This document shows, in pieces, positions 8,695-18,872 of a DNA stretch of 41,960 nucleotides. The stretch comes from Bacteroidota bacterium (GTDB taxonomy: Bacteria; Bacteroidota; Ignavibacteria; UBA10030), in contig DOWV01000226.1 of the NCBI GenBank assembly GCA_003519375.1, forward strand, positions 11,885 through 53,844, written 5' to 3'. The translations under genes and the position numbers were made by a program. The notes beneath the pieces are model-generated. The model was not told the DNA's origin, searched no databases, and saw only the letters and a list, made by a program, of their open reading frames with translations. The stretch's first letter is position 1. Every line of letters begins with the position of its first letter.

Positions 8695-9123
8695 ATGAAA
8701 TCGACATTCTCATTGCTCTCGATCGTTTTCCTTCTCGCGGGATGCGCAGCGAGCCGCCAATATTTCACCGACGAGAAAGTCATAGGCCCCTACACACCGG
8801 CTGTAAGGGTCGGTGATGTCCTCTATGCTTCCGGACAGATCGCAATGAAACCGGGCACGACGGAGCTCGCCGGCGACGATATCGAAATACAGGTCCGCCA
8901 AGTCATGGAAAACATCAAGGCCGTTCTGGCGCGAGCAGGCGCGACGATGGATGACGTCGTTCAATGCACGGTGTATCTCAAAGACATGAAAGACTTTGCG
9001 AAGATGAATCAAATATACGGCAGTTACTTCGCGGCTGGACGCGCTCCCACACGTACCACGGTTGAAGTCTCGAATCTTCCCCGAAACGCCCGGGTCGAGA
9101 TCACCGCTGTCGCTCACAAATGA
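8695..9123 (+). CDS. ridA: RidA/YjgF-family enamine/imine deaminase with lipoprotein signal peptide
   Basis: The mature part matches the RidA pattern (GPYTPAV..G..LYASGQI......DIE.Q..QVMENIKA.L...G....DVV..TVYLKDM.DF..MN..Y..YF.....R..VEV..LP....VEI). The N-terminus MKSTFSLLSIVFLLAGC is a signal peptide with an L-A-G-C lipobox. Confidence 0.85.
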   Translation: MKSTFSLLSIVFLLAGCAASRQYFTDEKVIGPYTPAVRVGDVLYASGQIAMKPGTTELAGDDIEIQVRQVMENIKAVLARAGATMDDVVQCTVYLKDMKDFAKMNQIYGSYFAAGRAPTRTTVEVSNLPRNARVEITAVAHK

Positions 9124-9155
9124 TCGTCGAAAACGGATAACAACGGAATGGTCTT

Positions 9156-10826
9156 ATGAAGAAGAGCCTCCCACCTCCGCACCGACTCGTTCATGCACCG
9201 CGGGGCACGAAGCTAAGCTGCAAGGGATGGATTCAGGAAGCAGCGCTTCGCATGATGATGAACAATCTTGATCCCGAGGTTGCAGAGAAGCCCGGGGAAC
9301 TGATCGTTTACGGCGGCACCGGCAAGGCAGCCCGCAACTGGCCATGCTACGAGGCGATTGTCGCAAGCCTCAAAACCCTCGAGGATGACGAGACGCTTCT
9401 CGTACAATCGGGAAAGCCGGTTGGAGTCTTCAAAACACACAGCAACGCTCCGCGTGTCCTGATCAGCAATTCGATGCTGGTCCCTCACTGGGCAACCTGG
9501 GACGAGTTCCGGCGGCTGGAAGCGTTGGGACTCACCATGTACGGGCAGATGACTGCCGGCAGCTGGATTTATATCGGCACACAGGGGATTCTCCAGGGAA
9601 CCTATGAGACATTCGCTGCATGCGGAGCACGACATTTCCACGGATCACTCGCCGGGAAATTCCTCCTGACGGCCGGACTGGGCGGGATGGGCGGGGCTCA
9701 ACCTCTTGCTGCGACCATGAATGGAGCGGCTTGCCTTGCCATCGAGGTCGATCCCGATCGTATCGAACGGCGGTTGAAAACCAGCTATCTTGACACGGCA
9801 ACCGATGACCTCGATGATGCATTGACACAGATCCGCGCCGCGAAGGCAAAGAAGCTTCCTTTATCGATCGGGCTTCTCGGTAATGCCGCCGAGCTCGTGC
9901 CGAAAATCGCAGGCGGGGATTTTTTGCCCGACATCGTAACCGATCAAACCTCGGCACACGATACCCTCAACGGGTATGTCCCTGCCGGCATCCCATACGC
10001 GAAAGCTCTCAGCTTGCGAAAAACGGACCCGGCAAAGTACATCGCGATGTCAAAAGCATCGATCGCCGGGCACGTGCGCGCTCTGCTGAAACTGCAGAAA
10101 CGCGGAGCCGTCGTTTTCGACTACGGCAACAACATTCGAGGCGAAGCGTTGGCGAACGGCGTGAAAAACGCTTTTTCGATTCCCGGTTTCGTACCTGAAT
10201 ATATCCGACCGCTTTTCTGCGACGGCAAAGGTCCCTTCCGATGGGCAGCCCTCTCGGGGGATCCTGAGGATATCTATCGCACGGACCGCGCGATCCTCGA
10301 AACATTTCCGGAAAACAAGCAGCTTTGCAATTGGATCGAGAAGGCACAGAACCAGATCGCGTTCCAGGGCCTCCCCGCCCGTATTTGCTGGTTGGGATAC
10401 GGTGAGCGGGCAAAAATGGGGGCGATTTTCAATGATCTGGTAGCTCAAGGTGAAGTGAAGGCCCCGATTGTCATCGGCAGGGATCATCTCGATTGCGGCA
10501 GTGTCGCCTCTCCGAACCGCGAGACGGAGAAGATGAAGGATGGCAGCGACGCCATTGCCGACTGGCCGATCCTGAACGCTCTTCTCAATGCTGTGGGCGG
10601 GGCAAGCTGGGTCAGCGTTCATCATGGCGGCGGGGTGGGCATCGGGCTTTCCCTCCACGCCGGCATGGTCGTGGTGTGCGACGGTTCCAGGGAAGCTGCA
10701 GAGCGCATTCAGCGGGTTCTGACATACGATCCCGGCATGGGGATCGTACGGCATGCGGACGCCGGATACGATCGGGCGATCAATAACGCAAAGAACTGGG
10801 GCGTCAAAATCCCGATGATGAAATGA
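9156..10826 (+). CDS. hutU: urocanate hydratase
   Basis: [28 protein letters not shown] at the N-terminus and the [10 protein letters not shown] motif. Length is 556 aa. Confidence 0.95.
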   Translation: MKKSLPPPHRLVHAPRGTKLSCKGWIQEAALRMMMNNLDPEVAEKPGELIVYGGTGKAARNWPCYEAIVASLKTLEDDETLLVQSGKPVGVFKTHSNAPRVLISNSMLVPHWATWDEFRRLEALGLTMYGQMTAGSWIYIGTQGILQGTYETFAACGARHFHGSLAGKFLLTAGLGGMGGAQPLAATMNGAACLAIEVDPDRIERRLKTSYLDTATDDLDDALTQIRAAKAKKLPLSIGLLGNAAELVPKIAGGDFLPDIVTDQTSAHDTLNGYVPAGIPYAKALSLRKTDPAKYIAMSKASIAGHVRALLKLQKRGAVVFDYGNNIRGEALANGVKNAFSIPGFVPEYIRPLFCDGKGPFRWAALSGDPEDIYRTDRAILETFPENKQLCNWIEKAQNQIAFQGLPARICWLGYGERAKMGAIFNDLVAQGEVKAPIVIGRDHLDCGSVASPNRETEKMKDGSDAIADWPILNALLNAVGGASWVSVHHGGGVGIGLSLHAGMVVVCDGSREAAERIQRVLTYDPGMGIVRHADAGYDRAINNAKNWGVKIPMMK

Positions 10827-10893
10827 TCGCGCCAGCCATCGAACAAATCCATCGAAGGTTTGACAACGAGGCAACACAAGGAGGGCGTCCTTC

Positions 10894-13800
10894 GTGAACA
10901 GGCGGCACAGTATTGGTGTTTTCCTGGCGTTGGTCATTCTGGCTGCGATGTCGTATCTATCGTACCAAACGATGGATCAACTGCAGGCCAACACGGACCA
11001 GGTCGTCCATTCCCACAGGGTGGTGCAGGCCCTCCACTCCGTTCTTTCCCTCGTCAGGTCCGCAGAATCGGAATCGCGTGTCTACGGACTGAGCGGAGAT
11101 CCCAACTTTCTCGGCACCAAACAACGCATTGTCGACTCGCTCCGAAGTGAAATTCAACGGCTCGAGCTCCTGCGCGCAAACGACTCCGATCATCTCTCCC
11201 AACTCGATCTGCTGAAGCAATCCGTCAACGAACGGATTCTGCTGCTGGATGAATTCATTGAAATACGCAGGACGTCGGGACTTCAGGGGGCCGTGAAAAA
11301 GATACAGGGCGGGGAAGGAACGGCAGTCATGGAGCACATCGGGAAGATCATCGGTGAAATGGATCGCCGCGAGCGCACGCTCCTGCTCGAGAAATCAGCC
11401 CAGGCTGCAACATCGCTGCGAAACACCGGCTGGGTCTTTCTCGCCGGGAACGGGCTGGGACTCCTCCTACTCGCACTCATGTTCTTGCTTGCGTCCCGCG
11501 AAATCAAGCAACGCCTTTGGGCCCAGGACGATCTTCGCGAGAGTGAATCGACGAATCGAAAGCTCGTCGAAACCGCAAATGACATTGCCTATCGGACCGA
11601 CGATGAACTCCGGCAGAGCGAAGCGCGCTACCGGATACTTGCCGAGAACGCGACCGACTTCATTTCCCGACTCACACCCGAAGGGATCTATCTCTTTGTA
11701 TCCCCTTCCTGCAAACGCCTTCTGGGATACGAACCCGACGAGCTTTTGGGCCGCTCCGCGTATGATTTATTTCACCCCGACGACTACGCAAAAGCCCGGA
11801 TCGCCAGGGCAAAAACGAACGAGATTCCCGAGATTGCTACGGCCGTGCATAGAATTCGCACGAAAAGCGGCGCTTACCTCTGGTTTGAATCGACCAGCAA
11901 AACGGTGAAGGATCCTCAGGACGAGCGAGTGATGGAGATCGTAACGGTATCGCGCGATATCACCTTCCGGAAATCGATCGAAGAAAGCCTCACGGAGAGT
12001 GAACGCCGCCTCGAGCAGATCATCGAGACTGTCCAGGAGGGCATAACGCTCTGCGACAAGAACGGACGGTTCGACATCTTCAACTCAGCGATGGAACAGT
12101 TGACCGGTTACACGATGGCAGAGGCGAACGCCAGCGGCGATTTCTCGAGAATCCTGTATCCTCTTGATGACAATCGCAGGCACACGCTCGACGATCTCAA
12201 GATCCTTCTCGAGAAGGGGCAATCCACGGAAGTGGAGACAACGATTCAGACCAAGCGGGGAGAATCACGCACCATTCTGGTATCGACCTCTCTGGTGACG
12301 TTTAGAAACCAGGTGATGTTTCTCAGTGCGTACCGGGACATCACGGAACGGAAGAGAGCAGAGCAGGAGCTGAAGGGAGCGAAAGAGGCTGCCGAAGCTG
12401 CAACACGCGCAAAGTCGGAATTCCTCGCGATCATGAGCCACGAGATCCGGACACCGATGAACAGCGTGATCGGTATGACCGACCTGTTGTCACATTCGAC
12501 GCTCAACGATGAACAGCGCGACTTTGTGGATACCATCCGGGGCAGCGGCGAATCACTTCTTACGATCATCAATGACATACTTGACTTTTCGAAGATTGAG
12601 TCCGGAAAGTTTGACCTCGAAGAACGACCGTGCGAACCCCGGACCTGCGTCGAGGCGGTGCTTGACCTTCTCACGCCAAAGGCGATTCAGAAAGGCCTTG
12701 ATCTCTTGTACTGGATTGACCCGCAAGTACCGCCTTACATCATCGGCGATGCGCACCGACTGCGTCAGATTCTCATCAATCTCGGAGGCAACGCAGTCAA
12801 ATTCACTGATCGCGGCGACGTGTTCGTGTCGGTAAACCTCTTGTGGAAACTTGGGGAGAAACTGGAACTACAATTCTCGGTCAGAGACTCCGGCGTGGGC
12901 ATCCCGGCGGACAAGCTCGATCGGCTTTTTAAACCGTTTTCACAGGTCGATACCTCTACGACAAGAAAATTCGGCGGGACGGGACTTGGACTGGCGATTT
13001 CCATGCGGTTGACTCAGTTCATGGGCGGCAAGATCTGGGCCGAGAGCGAAGAGGGAAAAGGCTCGACGTTCTTCTTCACCATAAAAACCAGCACACCACC
13101 GCCGGATTCCGTTCTGCCGAAGGTCCATACTCGGGCAAAAGTGCCCGAGCTCACCGGCAAACGGGTTCTCATTGTCGATGACAACGCCACCAATCTCTTT
13201 ATTCTCCGTTCGCATTGCGAGAATTGGGGAATGCTGGTCCGAACCACTCAGTCACCTCGGGAAGCAATTCAGTGGGTTCGAATTGGAGATCCGTTTGACG
13301 TTGGAATCCTCGATATGATGATTCCGGAAATGGATGGGCACCGGCTCGCAAAAGAGCTGCGCTCGATCCGCACGCGCGAATCGCTCCCGCTCGTCCTCCT
13401 GTCGTCTGCAGGAGTGTCAACGTCGGAAATCGGGGCAGGCGACCTGTTCAGCGCCGCTGTGGCGAAGCCGGTCAAGCACGACCTGTTGTTTGATATCCTG
13501 ATGGAATCGATGGGAGGTGCGAAGAGGTCTTCATCCCGAAGGAAGCCGAAGCCGGTCGAACGACTCGGCGAACGTATTCCGCTCTCCATCCTCGCCGCAG
13601 AGGACAATCCTGTGAATCAGAAGCTGCTCCTCCGCGTACTGAAGGAAATCGGCTACGAGGCCGACGTTGTGCCGAACGGTCTGGAGGTGATGAGCGCTGT
13701 TAAAGCAAAAAGGTACGACATCGTTTTCATGGATGTGCACATGCCGGAGATGGATGGGCTCGAAGCAGCACGATTGATCCTGAGCATAGTGCCGCGGGAT

Positions 13801-14388
13801 GAGCGCCCCGTGATCATCGCCGTCACGGCAGACGCACTCGAGGGAGACCGGGAAAAATGCATGCAAGCCGGCATGGATGATTACATCACAAAACCCATTC
13901 GCATCGCCGATATCGAGGGCGTCCTGCAGCGATGGAGTTCAAAGGCCGCCGGTCGAACTCTGCAAGAACCGCGATTCTCAGAGTTGCCCACGGACGAGGA
14001 ACTCGAGAGAGCAATGGCGGAACGCATCCGGCAGCTTGGCCTCGAAACGGACCCGGACTTCGTCGTCGAGCTCATCGACTCGTACGCTCCGCTGTTCCGC
14101 AACCAATCTCGAGCAATCGACGAGGCCTGCGCAAAGCGGGATGATGCGAAGCTTCGACATGCCGCCCATTCACTGAAGGGGGCAAGTCTCAATATCGGAG
14201 CCAAGCATCTCGCTGCGATCTGCAAGTCGATGGAGGATTCTGCCGAGCAGGGAGACATTGATTCGGCAGCAAAGCTCATCCCTCCCCTTAAGCTGGTCAT
14301 AGAAAGGACCTCGTCCGCCCTGGGTATGATCAAAACGAGAGTTTCCAAAGAGATTCAGTCCGGTTCGGGCAATGATATCAAAGGATGA
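10894..14388 (+). CDS. hybrid sensor histidine kinase (CHASE3-like sensor, TM, PAS x2, HisKA, HATPase_c, REC x2, HPt)
   Basis: GTG start with AAGGAGGG 8 nt upstream. An N-terminal TM helix plus a periplasmic helical sensor is followed by a second TM (WVFLAGNGLGLLLLALMFLL). PAS segments are present, as are the H-box MSHEIRTPMN and the ATPase G-boxes (GTGLGLAIS). There are two receivers (DMMIPEMDG and DVHMPEMDG) and a C-terminal HPt (HSLKGAS). Confidence 0.9.
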   Translation: MNRRHSIGVFLALVILAAMSYLSYQTMDQLQANTDQVVHSHRVVQALHSVLSLVRSAESESRVYGLSGDPNFLGTKQRIVDSLRSEIQRLELLRANDSDHLSQLDLLKQSVNERILLLDEFIEIRRTSGLQGAVKKIQGGEGTAVMEHIGKIIGEMDRRERTLLLEKSAQAATSLRNTGWVFLAGNGLGLLLLALMFLLASREIKQRLWAQDDLRESESTNRKLVETANDIAYRTDDELRQSEARYRILAENATDFISRLTPEGIYLFVSPSCKRLLGYEPDELLGRSAYDLFHPDDYAKARIARAKTNEIPEIATAVHRIRTKSGAYLWFESTSKTVKDPQDERVMEIVTVSRDITFRKSIEESLTESERRLEQIIETVQEGITLCDKNGRFDIFNSAMEQLTGYTMAEANASGDFSRILYPLDDNRRHTLDDLKILLEKGQSTEVETTIQTKRGESRTILVSTSLVTFRNQVMFLSAYRDITERKRAEQELKGAKEAAEAATRAKSEFLAIMSHEIRTPMNSVIGMTDLLSHSTLNDEQRDFVDTIRGSGESLLTIINDILDFSKIESGKFDLEERPCEPRTCVEAVLDLLTPKAIQKGLDLLYWIDPQVPPYIIGDAHRLRQILINLGGNAVKFTDRGDVFVSVNLLWKLGEKLELQFSVRDSGVGIPADKLDRLFKPFSQVDTSTTRKFGGTGLGLAISMRLTQFMGGKIWAESEEGKGSTFFFTIKTSTPPPDSVLPKVHTRAKVPELTGKRVLIVDDNATNLFILRSHCENWGMLVRTTQSPREAIQWVRIGDPFDVGILDMMIPEMDGHRLAKELRSIRTRESLPLVLLSSAGVSTSEIGAGDLFSAAVAKPVKHDLLFDILMESMGGAKRSSSRRKPKPVERLGERIPLSILAAEDNPVNQKLLLRVLKEIGYEADVVPNGLEVMSAVKAKRYDIVFMDVHMPEMDGLEAARLILSIVPRDERPVIIAVTADALEGDREKCMQAGMDDYITKPIRIADIEGVLQRWSSKAAGRTLQEPRFSELPTDEELERAMAERIRQLGLETDPDFVVELIDSYAPLFRNQSRAIDEACAKRDDAKLRHAAHSLKGASLNIGAKHLAAICKSMEDSAEQGDIDSAAKLIPPLKLVIERTSSALGMIKTRVSKEIQSGSGNDIKG

Positions 14389-15341
14389 TCATGCGTTTCG
14401 TCGTGATGGGGGCAGGAGGTATTGGTGGCTTTTTTGGGGGGGCGCTCGCCCGAGCCGGTGAGGATGTCTGGTTCGTTGGCAGAGGAAAGCACTTTGATGC
14501 CATGCAACGTGAAGGCCTTCGCATCACATCCACCGCCGGCAATTTCACAGTACCCTCCTCTCAGATCGTTCAGGATCCGGCCCTCATCGGCCCCGCTGAT
14601 GTGATACTGTTCTGCGTCAAATCGTACGACACTGAATCCGCCGCACGACAACTCTCCCCCCTTCTGAGCGAACGATCGCTGATCATCTCGCTCCAGAACG
14701 GCGTTGACAACGTCGAGAAGATCGCCGCCATCCTCCCTCATTGTTCGACCTATGGCGGAGCCGCTTACATCTCCTCGCGCATCACCGCACCGGGACTTAT
14801 CTCCGAGACCGGCGGATTCCAGAGAATTGTGTTCGGGCCGATGAGCGGCGAGGCAGGCACGAGGGCCGGCGAAACACTCAACTGCCTGACGCGGGCGGGC
14901 ATCAAATCACAATTGTCCGCAAATATCCGCAAGGATCTCTGGCAAAAGCTGATTTTCATAGCTTCGATGGGTTCTCTTACCGCCCTTTCACGCCTCACGC
15001 ACGGGGAGATTATCGGTAATCCCGGGACACGCGCCCTCATGTTCGACGCCATGCGCGAAGTCCAGTCCGTCGCTCTCAAGCTCGGGATCGATGTGGATCC
15101 GGTCGACGAATCAAGAGTTCTCGAAGGCCTGAAACGGTTCCGTGACGACACGAGATCCTCCATGTACTACGACCTTATCGCCGAAAAACCGTTGGAGGTC
15201 GAAGCGCTGAACGGAACCGTTGTGAGACTCGGAGAGCGTGTCGGAGTGCCAACACCGATTCATAGAGTCATCTATGCGATTCTCCTTTCGTACCATCTCA
15301 GGCACACGGCAGCGAGCTCGCCGCGCCCGGCTGATTCATGA
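14385..15341 (+). CDS. panE: 2-dehydropantoate 2-reductase (PanE/ApbA family)
   Basis: N-terminal Rossmann motif VVMGAGGIGGFFGG and the ApbA C-terminal domain pattern (SSMYYDL..GK..EV..LNG.VV). The start overlaps the kinase stop (ATGA). Confidence 0.8.
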   Translation: MIMRFVVMGAGGIGGFFGGALARAGEDVWFVGRGKHFDAMQREGLRITSTAGNFTVPSSQIVQDPALIGPADVILFCVKSYDTESAARQLSPLLSERSLIISLQNGVDNVEKIAAILPHCSTYGGAAYISSRITAPGLISETGGFQRIVFGPMSGEAGTRAGETLNCLTRAGIKSQLSANIRKDLWQKLIFIASMGSLTALSRLTHGEIIGNPGTRALMFDAMREVQSVALKLGIDVDPVDESRVLEGLKRFRDDTRSSMYYDLIAEKPLEVEALNGTVVRLGERVGVPTPIHRVIYAILLSYHLRHTAASSPRPADS

Positions 15342-15556
15342 ATGCCCGGCAGAGCCAATCGCCGGTCGGTTTATGCGAAGGCTGCGCGCACGCGTCGCGC
15401 ATCACGAGCAATCGAGGCAGCACGTTCTATTTCTGCAAGCAAGCAGCGGTTGACCCGCACTATCCGCGATACCCCAGGCTTCCCGTGCTTCGGTGCGAAG
15501 CATACCAACCTCTCTCCTCCGAACCTGCGGCCGGTGAAGACAAGCAGCTTCCTTGA
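15338..15556 (+). CDS. small conserved Cys4 protein of unknown function
   Basis: 72 aa with CxxC (CEGC) plus two distal Cys, and the motif SNRGSTFYFC....DP.YPRYP.LPV..C. I recall this motif from uncharacterised small proteins in several phyla. The ATG overlaps the panE stop (ATGA). Confidence 0.55.
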   Translation: MNARQSQSPVGLCEGCAHASRITSNRGSTFYFCKQAAVDPHYPRYPRLPVLRCEAYQPLSSEPAAGEDKQLP

Positions 15557-15628
15557 TTCTTTTGGCACTTCTTTGTTTCTTCAGACAACGGAGCAGGTGC
15601 CGTTTTCGTCTACCAGACTTTCTCTTAC

Positions 15629-16531
15629 GTGATTGAGCCACGACAGTACCATGAGCTTATCGCCCGCGAGTCTCTCCACTGGGGCGAGGTCGGAAGGGAT
15701 CCGGAAAACCCGCAGATGTGGCACGATCCGGTGCTTTTCCGAATTTTCTTCGGCAAAGAATACGGCCGATTGCTGGCGCGCGCGGTATCCAGCGGTCCCC
15801 GCATTCTCGAGCTCGGATCCGGGGAAGGACACCTGGCACTCGAACTAGCTGACCGGGGAATGCAGGTCACTGGAATCGATCTGAGTACCGAGCGCATAAA
15901 GCGGGCAAGCGCTCGAGCGAATTCTGCGCACGTCGGATCGCCGCCGACGTTTCTCGTCGGCGATCTCAACACCATCGAGCTTCCCGTCGCCGCATATGAT
16001 TGCGTGGTGGCTCACGATTCCCTGCACCACATCCTGCACCTGGACCGGCTCTGCGCCGAGGTTGAGAAGTCCCTCAGGCCGGGAGGCTCTTTCCTGATCA
16101 TGGACTATATCGGGATGGGAAGAGTGCGGAAGCTCCTCGCCGGTGCACTCTACGGAGTACTTCCTACCTATCAACCGTATCGGAAGAAATGGAAGCTCCG
16201 CAAGAGGCTTGCAGCATTTCTTGCCACAGAAGACCAGAAACGGACCGCCTTGAGGGGTTCACACTCCGGCGCTCTGCACCAGGATTCTCCGTTCGAGGAG
16301 ATATCACAGGGCTCGATCGTCACAGAAATCCAGAGAACATTCCATGTTGTCGAGCTTGAAACCTACTGCCCATTCTGGTTTTATCTGGCCCCCAAAGTCA
16401 GGATGCCGGCATCCTGGAAGCCATCGTTCGCGCGGATCTTGCATGCGATGGACGATCTCATCATCAAGTCGGGGCTCGCAAAAGGCGCCTACGTCTGGAT
16501 CGCTGCACGGAAACCATCGATGATATCCTGA
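15629..16531 (+). CDS. class I SAM-dependent methyltransferase
   Basis: Motif I ILELGSGEGHLALELA, an acidic loop (GIDLS) and motif post-I/II (LVGDL, VVAHDSLHH, LRPGGSFLI). GTG start as listed. Confidence 0.75.
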   Translation: MIEPRQYHELIARESLHWGEVGRDPENPQMWHDPVLFRIFFGKEYGRLLARAVSSGPRILELGSGEGHLALELADRGMQVTGIDLSTERIKRASARANSAHVGSPPTFLVGDLNTIELPVAAYDCVVAHDSLHHILHLDRLCAEVEKSLRPGGSFLIMDYIGMGRVRKLLAGALYGVLPTYQPYRKKWKLRKRLAAFLATEDQKRTALRGSHSGALHQDSPFEEISQGSIVTEIQRTFHVVELETYCPFWFYLAPKVRMPASWKPSFARILHAMDDLIIKSGLAKGAYVWIAARKPSMIS

Positions 16532-16539
16532 AGAGATGC

Positions 16540-17787
16540 ATGCAACTGTTGTTGACAAATATCAGACAACTCGTGACGGTGAGGAGCAGCGGCAAACCGT
16601 TCAAAGCAGGAAAAGCGATGCGTGACCTCGGCGTGATCGAAAACGCCTCGGTCCTTGTCGAGGACGGCTTCATCCGCTGGATCGGCACAGCCGGCGACTT
16701 TTCCAACACCCTCAACGCCGATGCCGACACACTTGACTGCTCAACGTACGTCGCGTTGCCAGGATTTGTCGACTCGCACACGCACGCACTGTTTGCCGGA
16801 AGCCGGGAGCTTGAGTTCGCATGGAGGTCAGAAGGAAAGACGTATCAGGAAATCGCTGCACAGGGAGGCGGGATTTTGAATTCCGTTCAGGCAACGCGCG
16901 CAGCAACAAAAAAAGAGCTTAAGAAATTGGCCAGCCGCCGGCTCGACTCGATGATGATGCACGGAACAACGACCGTCGAAATCAAATCGGGGTACGGATT
17001 GAGTGAAGATGCTGAAATCAAGATGGTCGAGGCGATAAGCGAGCTGGCAAACGAGCATTTCATGACGATCCGCTCGACGTTCCTCGGCGCCCATGCCATG
17101 CCTCCGGAGTTTCGCACACAGCGTTCGGAGTACATAACCCTGCTTTGCGAGCGAATGATGCCCCATATCGCGAAGCGAAAGCTGGCCCAGTTTTGCGACG
17201 TCTTCTGCGAAGAAGGATATTTCACCCTCGATGAGTCACGTCGCATTCTCGAGGAAGCCCGAAAGCACGGCCTGGGACTCAAGCTCCATTCCGACGAGTT
17301 TACTTCACTCGGGGGCACTCAGCTGGCAGCAGAGCTCGGTGCCATTTCGGTCGATCATCTCGAGCACGTTTCGGATGAGGCAATCCGGGCTCTTGCCGGG
17401 ACCAAGACGATCGCCGTCGTTCTCCCCGGCGTCTCCTTCTTTCTCCGCAATCCGTACGCGCCGGCTCGAAAACTCATCGACGCCGGCATACCCGTGTCGA
17501 TAGCTTCCGACTTCAACCCGGGTTCCTGCATGTCGTCCTCCATGCCGCTGATGATGACGATCGCATGCACGCAAATGTCGATGACTCCCGAAGAAGCGAT
17601 TACGGCGTCAACGCTCAACGGGGCCGCCGCCATCGGACTTTCCGACCAATATGGAAGTATCGAGGTGGGAAAGCGCGCCGACATTGTCCTTTTCGATGTC
17701 CCGAACTATCGCTATCTTCTCTACCACTTCGGGACAAACCACGCTGCCAAGATCATCAAACACGGAACCATCCTCGAATTCTCATGA
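16540..17787 (+). CDS. hutI: imidazolonepropionase
   Basis: Amidohydrolase metal motif DSHTH, plus GGGI, KLHSDE and ASDFNPGS motifs. Length is 415 aa. Confidence 0.95.
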   Translation: MQLLLTNIRQLVTVRSSGKPFKAGKAMRDLGVIENASVLVEDGFIRWIGTAGDFSNTLNADADTLDCSTYVALPGFVDSHTHALFAGSRELEFAWRSEGKTYQEIAAQGGGILNSVQATRAATKKELKKLASRRLDSMMMHGTTTVEIKSGYGLSEDAEIKMVEAISELANEHFMTIRSTFLGAHAMPPEFRTQRSEYITLLCERMMPHIAKRKLAQFCDVFCEEGYFTLDESRRILEEARKHGLGLKLHSDEFTSLGGTQLAAELGAISVDHLEHVSDEAIRALAGTKTIAVVLPGVSFFLRNPYAPARKLIDAGIPVSIASDFNPGSCMSSSMPLMMTIACTQMSMTPEEAITASTLNGAAAIGLSDQYGSIEVGKRADIVLFDVPNYRYLLYHFGTNHAAKIIKHGTILEFS

Positions 17788-18815
17788 AACAAATTGTCGA
17801 ATGTGTGCCCAACTTCAGCGAAGGACGCGATCAGTCGAGCATTGACGCTATCGCGGAGAGCATACGCGCTGTGAAGGGCGCCCGCTTGCTGAGCGTCGAA
17901 CCGGACAAGGATTACAACAGGACGGTCGTGACGTTCGTCGGTGAGCCGGCGGCTGTCGTGGAAGCCGCATATCAGGCTACGCGGACCGCGTCAGAACGAA
18001 TCTCGATGACGACCCACAAGGGGGAGCACCCGCGGCTCGGAGCTGTGGATGTTGTTCCGTTCGTCCCGGTTTCGAATACCACGATGGAGGATTGCGTACG
18101 GCTGTCAAAGGAGTACGGCCGGCGTGTTGCCGCCGATCTCAAGATCCCCATCTACCTCTACGAGTACGCCGCGACCTCGCCCGAACGGCGAAACCTCGCA
18201 ACGATCCGGAAGGGAGAGTACGAAGGCCTGCCGGCCAAGCTGAAAGATCCGTCCTGGAAACCCGATTTTGGGGAACCTGTCTTCAACCCGAAATCGGGCG
18301 CAACGGTGACCGGCGCGCGGAAATTCCTGATCGCTTACAACGTCAATCTGAATACTGCCGATGCAAATATCGCCCAGGAAATTGCGCTCCGGATTCGCGA
18401 GATCGGACGCCCGCTCAAAACGGCGGCCGGTGGAGTAGCCAAGAATGACAAGGGGGAAACCGTCAAGGTCCCGGGTACGCTGAAAGCGGTCAAGGCCATG
18501 GGCGTGTTCCTTGAACGCTTCAGGATAGCGCAGGTATCCATCAACCTCGTCGATTTCGAGACGACTCCTCCCCACACTGCGTTCGAGGAAGTCCGGCGGC
18601 AAGCCAGGGCGCTCGGCCATGACGCGACGGGAAGCGAAGTTGTCGGGCTCACGCCGCTGACAGCCCTGCTCATGGCCGGTCGCCATTTTGCAGGCAAGAA
18701 TCGGAGCGACCCGATGACTGAGGAACAGCTCGTTTCGCTGGCAATCGAGAAGCTCGGGCTGAGTCAGCTCGAGCCGTTCGATCCCGCCAAAAAAATTATT
18801 GAATACATGTTGTAG
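17784..18815 (+). CDS. ftcD: glutamate formimidoyltransferase (FtcD N-terminal type)
   Basis: Starts MKQIVECVPNFSEGRD, the family signature. The ATG overlaps the hutI stop (ATGA). The listed ORF start at 17565 lies inside hutI. Confidence 0.9.
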   Translation: MKQIVECVPNFSEGRDQSSIDAIAESIRAVKGARLLSVEPDKDYNRTVVTFVGEPAAVVEAAYQATRTASERISMTTHKGEHPRLGAVDVVPFVPVSNTTMEDCVRLSKEYGRRVAADLKIPIYLYEYAATSPERRNLATIRKGEYEGLPAKLKDPSWKPDFGEPVFNPKSGATVTGARKFLIAYNVNLNTADANIAQEIALRIREIGRPLKTAAGGVAKNDKGETVKVPGTLKAVKAMGVFLERFRIAQVSINLVDFETTPPHTAFEEVRRQARALGHDATGSEVVGLTPLTALLMAGRHFAGKNRSDPMTEEQLVSLAIEKLGLSQLEPFDPAKKIIEYML

Positions 18816-18872
18816 CATCGACCGCCCGTCGAATCCATCAGCCCTGCAAACTCATCGACCTGGGGAGTTTCC

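Noticed and set aside
15338-16531. A RiPP-like pair: a small Cys-containing peptide followed by a methyltransferase.
   Set aside because: - The 72-aa protein looks like a folded Cys4 zinc-ribbon-type protein with a conserved Pro/Tyr core, not a leader-core precursor.
- No cyclase, protease, radical-SAM or exporter gene accompanies it.
- The methyltransferase is a generic class I enzyme, separated from it by a 72-nt gap.
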